Position numbers and translations under genes: made by a program. The notes beneath the pieces were generated by a model. That model had not been told where the DNA came from. It saw nothing but the letters and a program-made list of their open reading frames with translations, and made no database searches. 52,251 bases of DNA, from contig JAJZCK010000001.1 of the NCBI GenBank assembly GCA_021846125.1, positions 1 to 52,251 of the forward strand. Direction: 5' to 3'. Shown piece after piece: positions 48,317 through 52,251 of this stretch. How positions within the stretch are numbered: position 1 is the stretch's first letter; every line of letters starts with the position of its first letter. Origin of the DNA: Actinomycetes bacterium (GTDB lineage: Bacteria > Actinomycetota > Acidimicrobiia > Acidimicrobiales > Bog-793).

Positions 48317-49195
48317 TCATCCCTTCAACCCCGACGTCGCGAGGCCCCCGCGGATCCACCGCTGGGCGACGACCAGAAGCACGCCCGACGGCACGGCGGC
48401 GAACACCGCCGCGGCCATCAAGTCGGGCCACTGCTCGGTGTGCAGGCCGAGGTAGCTGTACACACCGAGGCTGATCGGAGTGATGGCATTGCTCGTCGTG
48501 AGCGTCAACGCGAACAGGAAATCGCCCCACGCGAAGAGGAACGCGAAGAGGCCTGCCGACAAGATCGCGGGTCGGCTGAGCGGCACGACGATGCGCAGGA
48601 AGGTCCCGAGGGTTCCGGCCCCGTCGACGTAGGCGGCCTCGAGCAGCTCCCTCGGGAGACCGAGCATGAATGCCCGGATGATCAAGATCGCGAACGGCAC
48701 GCCGTAGGTCGAGTCGGCGATCATGAGTCCGAGGTAGCTGTTGAGGAGGTGGAATCGAGTGAATATCTTAAAGAACGACGTTCCGAGGACGATACCTGGG
48801 ATGGTCTGGCTCACCAGGAGGAGCAAGACGACGAGACCGGTCACGCGGAATCGGAAGCTCGCAAGCGCGTGCGCCGCCGGGACGGCGATGAGCAGAGTGA
48901 TCACCGTCGCACCGACCGCGATCACGAGGCTCGTCCCGAGTGCTCCACCCTGACTGCGAAACGCCTGGCCGTAGGCGGCAAACGTCGGTGTCGGTGGCAG
49001 CAGCGTCGGTGGGCTCGAGAACGACTGGAGCTCGGTCTTCAGCGAGGTGACGATTGCCCAGTAGATGGGCGAGAGCATCACCACCACGACGGCGAGTCCG
49101 ACCACGAGATCGAGCAGCGATCGCAGGTTGGGCACACCCCGGCCGGCCCGGGAGCGCGAGCGTGAGCGTGAGAGAGCGTGCGTGTCGGTGCTCAC
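48317..49195 (-). CDS. Carbohydrate ABC transporter permease (MalG-like)
   Basis: Six TM segments and an EAA loop LLEAAYVDGAGTLGTFLRIVVPLSRP. Confidence 0.85.
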   Translation of the reverse strand: MSTDTHALSRSRSRSRAGRGVPNLRSLLDLVVGLAVVVVMLSPIYWAIVTSLKTELQSFSSPPTLLPPTPTFAAYGQAFRSQGGALGTSLVIAVGATVITLLIAVPAAHALASFRFRVTGLVVLLLLVSQTIPGIVLGTSFFKIFTRFHLLNSYLGLMIADSTYGVPFAILIIRAFMLGLPRELLEAAYVDGAGTLGTFLRIVVPLSRPAILSAGLFAFLFAWGDFLFALTLTTSNAITPISLGVYSYLGLHTEQWPDLMAAAVFAAVPSGVLLVVAQRWIRGGLATSGLKG

Positions 49196-50205
49196 CTTGT
49201 CTCACCTCCCCGGTAGATCCTCGTGTAGATCACCGCGCAGACGAGCGAGACGAGCATCATGATGGTCCCGATCGCGGCACCCTGGCCGAAGTCGAGGTTG
49301 GTGAAGGACAACGTGTACGACCACGTCGAGAGCAGCTGGCTGCCGTTGATCGGACCTCCACCGGTCATCACCACGATGATGTCGAATGCCTTCAGGGTGT
49401 AGATGAAGCCGAGGATCAGCACGACGGCGATGACGGGCCGCAGCATCGGCACCGTGATGGAGCGGAACAGCCGGAGCGTCCCTGCTCCGTCGACCCGGCC
49501 CGCCTCGTAGAGCTCCCGGGGTATCTCCTGGATACCTCCGTGCAATAACAGCATGTTGAAGGGGATCCCGACCCAGATGTTCGCCACGATGACCGTGACG
49601 AGCGCGAGGTGCGGGTCCGAGAGCCACTGGACCGGGGCGTGGATGATGCCGACGTCCTTCAGGACCTGGTTGATCATCCCGTCGCTCGTGTCGAACATGA
49701 AACGCAGGATCGACCCCGTCACGACGCCGGGGAGGAGCCACGGCACGAGGAGTAGGGCACGCAGCAGCCCACTCAGCGGGAAGCGGCGGGTGAAGAAGAG
49801 GGCAAGGCCGAATCCGATCACGAACTGAAAGACGAGAGACGCGACGAGGAAGATCGCCGTGTTGACTACGACAGTGGGGAGAGCCGGGTTCGCGAGGGCA
49901 GTCCGGTAGTTCGCGAGACCCGCGAACTTCGCGCTGTCGTTGACGAAGCCGATGACGCCCGCCTGTCGGAGGCTCAAGAGGATGTTGTAGACGAGCGGGT
50001 ACGCGAAGAGCAGCGCCAGGTAGACCAGGGCGGGCACGAGGAACATCGCCCGGCCGACCTTGCGCGACCAGAGCGATCGCTCGCCGCGACGCCGGTCGCG
50101 GGCGGGGCGGTGGATGCCGTGACGGACCGCTCCCCCACGCCAGCGCCGCCGGGTCGTGAGGGCGCGCGTCCGAGCGTCGACCGTGGTCCCCGTCGTCTCC
50201 ACCAT
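49192..50205 (-). CDS. Carbohydrate ABC transporter permease (MalF-like)
   Basis: EAA loop LYEAGRVDGAGTLRLFRSITVPMLRP and six TM segments. The start is set to the ATG at 50205 (the track ORF reaches 50235 and overlaps the upstream gene). ATGA-type overlap with the downstream permease. Confidence 0.85.
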   Translation of the reverse strand: MVETTGTTVDARTRALTTRRRWRGGAVRHGIHRPARDRRRGERSLWSRKVGRAMFLVPALVYLALLFAYPLVYNILLSLRQAGVIGFVNDSAKFAGLANYRTALANPALPTVVVNTAIFLVASLVFQFVIGFGLALFFTRRFPLSGLLRALLLVPWLLPGVVTGSILRFMFDTSDGMINQVLKDVGIIHAPVQWLSDPHLALVTVIVANIWVGIPFNMLLLHGGIQEIPRELYEAGRVDGAGTLRLFRSITVPMLRPVIAVVLILGFIYTLKAFDIIVVMTGGGPINGSQLLSTWSYTLSFTNLDFGQGAAIGTIMMLVSLVCAVIYTRIYRGGETR

Positions 50206-50212
50206 GAGCCCG

Positions 50213-51238
50213 CTACCTCCAGCGCACGGCGACACGCGTCCCCGTCGCAGCCGACTCCACCGCGGCGAGCGTCATCGCGAGGGTCTTGATGTTGTCGTGG
50301 CACTCCCCCATCGGCGGCGGGCCGCCGTCGAGGGCGCCGACGAACTCGGCGAGGGCGCCGTCGATCCCGGAGGCCATCGAGCGGTCGGGCTCGCCGACGA
50401 CGCGTGCGGGCCCTCGACCGGTCACGATCTCGGCTTTGGGCGCGGAGGAGCCGTCCCAGCTCGCCGTGCCGGCGCCACTCGTCACCCGCCAGGAGCCCTC
50501 CCAGGAGGTCTCCAGGCCCGGAGCGCACCAGCTGCCCGCGTAGCTGAACCGTGCGCCGCCGGACATCTCGAACACCGCTGTCGCACTCGCGGCTCCCTTG
50601 TACCAGCTCCAGCTCGGGCTGTGCTCGTCGCAGTAGACCGCGACCGGGTCGCTGCCGAGGAGCCACCGGGCGACGTCGAACGCATGGATCGCCATGTCGA
50701 CGACGAGAGGGCTCGGCATATCTTCCCGGAACCCTCCGAAGTGCGGTGCACGGTAGAACCAGCACGAGACCAACTCCGGGTGGCCGAGATGCTCCTCGAC
50801 CAGCCGACGAAGCGCCACCAGCTCGGCGTTGTAGCGGCGGCTCTGGCTGACGGCGAAGAGCGTGCCCGTCCGCTCCGATGCCTCGACCAGGCGGCGGGCG
50901 TCGTCGATGGCCGTGGCCATCGGCTTCTCCCCGAGCACCGGGATTCCCCGCTCGAGGCAGGAGAGCGTGACGGCGAGGTGTGCCTCGGGCACGGTGACGT
51001 CCACGACGATGTCCGGGGACGCCGCGTCGAGCGCGCGCTCGAGGTCGTCCTCGACCAGCAAGCCACCGGGGGGAAGGCGCCGTGCCACCGACAGCTCGGC
51101 AGCAGCCGCCTCGGCGACGTCCCGAGCAGTGTCGACCCATGCGGCGAGCACGAGGTCCTCGCGCCCTGCGACCGCGTCCGCCCAGCGGCGCCCCATCCCG
51201 CCGGCGCCCACGACGAGCACCTTGCGGACCAGGCTCAC
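50213..51238 (-). CDS. Gfo/Idh/MocA family NAD(P)-dependent oxidoreductase
   Basis: With the GTG start at 51238 the protein begins M-SLVRKVLVVGAGGMGRRWADAV (Rossmann fold), followed by GIPVLGEKP. GTGA overlap with the thuA stop. The track ORF is over-extended to 51967. Confidence 0.8.
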   Translation of the reverse strand: MSLVRKVLVVGAGGMGRRWADAVAGREDLVLAAWVDTARDVAEAAAAELSVARRLPPGGLLVEDDLERALDAASPDIVVDVTVPEAHLAVTLSCLERGIPVLGEKPMATAIDDARRLVEASERTGTLFAVSQSRRYNAELVALRRLVEEHLGHPELVSCWFYRAPHFGGFREDMPSPLVVDMAIHAFDVARWLLGSDPVAVYCDEHSPSWSWYKGAASATAVFEMSGGARFSYAGSWCAPGLETSWEGSWRVTSGAGTASWDGSSAPKAEIVTGRGPARVVGEPDRSMASGIDGALAEFVGALDGGPPPMGECHDNIKTLAMTLAAVESAATGTRVAVRWR

Positions 51239-52011
51239 GGTTGGCCCCCGGCAGCGTCGAGCCAGCCGAGATCCTTGCGCTCGAGCTCGTAGGAGGCACT
51301 CCGGACGCCCGACTCGCGGCGCGCCCATAGGACTCCGTTCGCGACGACGCGCTGCACGACCGGATGGTGGTAGACGGGGAACTCCTGGTCGCCGGGGCTG
51401 AAGTAGAAGACACGCCCGTGGCCGCGGTGGAAGCAGCAGCCGCTCCGGAAGACCTCCCCGCCGGAGAAGCTCGAGATGAACACGAGCTCGTCGGGTCGCG
51501 GGATGTCGAAGAACTCGCCGTACATCTCCTGGCTCTCGATGACGAACCCGTCGGGCACGCCGTCGGCGATGGGGTGCGCCGGGTCCACGGTCCACACGGT
51601 CTCCCGATCCTCGGCACTGCGCCAGCGAAGGTTGCAGCTTGTCCCCATCAGCTTCTTGAAGACCTTCGACCAGTGCCCGGAGTGCAATACGACGAGCCCC
51701 ATCCCCCGGTACACGCGCTGGCAGACCGCGTCGACCACGGCATCGTCCACGCGGTCGTGCGCCATGTGCCCCCACCACGTGAGCACGTCGGTCTCCTCGA
51801 GCGTCACAGCGTCGAGGCCGCAGCTCGGCTGGTCCAGCGTCGCCGTCCTCACGGTCGCCGAGACGGGAAGATGCTCGCGAAGACTTCGCGCAATCGTCTC
51901 GTGCATGCCGTCGGGGTAGATCGCTCGTACGCTCGCGTCCCGCTGCTCGTGCGCATTCTCGCCCCACACCGTCACCCGCATCGGAGCTCCCTGGCCGTTC
52001 AAGGTGTCCAT
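51235..52011 (-). CDS. ThuA (trehalose utilisation) domain protein
   Basis: MRVTVWGENAHE..., IYPDGMHETIA, DVLTWWGHMAH, VVLHSGHWSK, and FYFSPGDQEFPVYHHP. ATG at 52011 is preceded by GAGGAG. There is an alternative ATG at 51981. Confidence 0.8.
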   Translation of the reverse strand: MDTLNGQGAPMRVTVWGENAHEQRDASVRAIYPDGMHETIARSLREHLPVSATVRTATLDQPSCGLDAVTLEETDVLTWWGHMAHDRVDDAVVDAVCQRVYRGMGLVVLHSGHWSKVFKKLMGTSCNLRWRSAEDRETVWTVDPAHPIADGVPDGFVIESQEMYGEFFDIPRPDELVFISSFSGGEVFRSGCCFHRGHGRVFYFSPGDQEFPVYHHPVVQRVVANGVLWARRESGVRSASYELERKDLGWLDAAGGQP

Positions 52012-52032
52012 CCTTTTCTCCTCATTTCCTGA

Positions 52033-52094
52033 GCCCTGCGCCCTGTTGTGCCCTGCGCCCTGCGCCCTGTTGTGCCCTGTGCCCTGCGCCCTGT
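52033..52094. repeat. Heptamer array (GCCCTGY x8 with TGT interruptions) upstream of the thuA operon
   Basis: gccctgcgccctgttgtgccctgcgccctgcgccctgttgtgccctgtgccctgcgccctgtgc, starting about 22 nt upstream of the preferred thuA start. Confidence 0.85.
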
Positions 52095-52251
52095 GCGCGC
52101 GCCCAGTCCCTGCGATCGTCTGTGCGGAGGGGCTCCACCGCCGTCCGCTCGGCCGCCGGGCCCCACCGGCGAGCTGGGCGCCCCCCCCCTCAACCGCCAC
52201 TCGAGAACGCCGCGTCGAATGCGGTCGCCGGTGGAGGGAACAGCAGCTTAG

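Overview
This is a very GC-rich, gene-dense chromosomal segment. Its gene content and local gene order match the core genome of a high-GC Gram-positive bacterium (Actinomycetota). I saw no rRNA, CRISPR array, IS element or prophage.

Most of the window is housekeeping:
- an initiator tRNA-Met;
- a minus-strand operon of PDZ/Lon-like protease, DivIVA-domain protein and UPF0182 membrane protein;
- HEAT-repeat protein, MreB, an HtrA-like PDZ protein and a zincin-like protein;
- two whiB paralogs flanking a formiminotransferase;
- a ChlI-like AAA+ ATPase plus VWA protein pair;
- a three-gene succinate dehydrogenase/fumarate reductase operon, then SCP2 and ABM small proteins;
- mdh, galT-galE-galK and icd;
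- a long minus-strand run pcrA, sucC-sucD-purN-purH-folD-metF;
- guaA, a YfhO-like membrane protein, guaB3, a DUF2142-like membrane protein and a CoA-type NUDIX hydrolase;
- groES-groEL with a CIRCE operator;
- a PAS-PAS-GGDEF gene;
- a thuA / Gfo-Idh-MocA / sugar ABC transporter operon.

The long ORFs on the opposite strand of these genes are GC-driven artefacts, and several track ORFs are over-extended at the 5' end. I trimmed those to plausible starts.

Observations worth a second look:
1. The GGDEF gene is split by a frameshift that lies exactly in an 8-bp x3 tandem repeat. The frame is restored with 1 or 4 copies.
2. There are many short tandem repeats at gene termini and in promoter regions. 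One is a 15-bp x5 in-frame array at the N-terminus of GuaA.
3. A DivIVA-domain protein carries a C-terminal Cys/His module resembling the phage MuF/SPP1 gp7 motif.
4. Three genes (HEAT, orphan MreB, HtrA-like protein without an obvious catalytic triad) sit next to a zincin-like protein without HExxH, inside what I remember as a conserved actinobacterial block.
5. The ChlI-like/VWA pair is functionally uncharacterised.

I found no clear-cut novel multi-gene system. The candidates above are hypotheses that need database and experimental checks.
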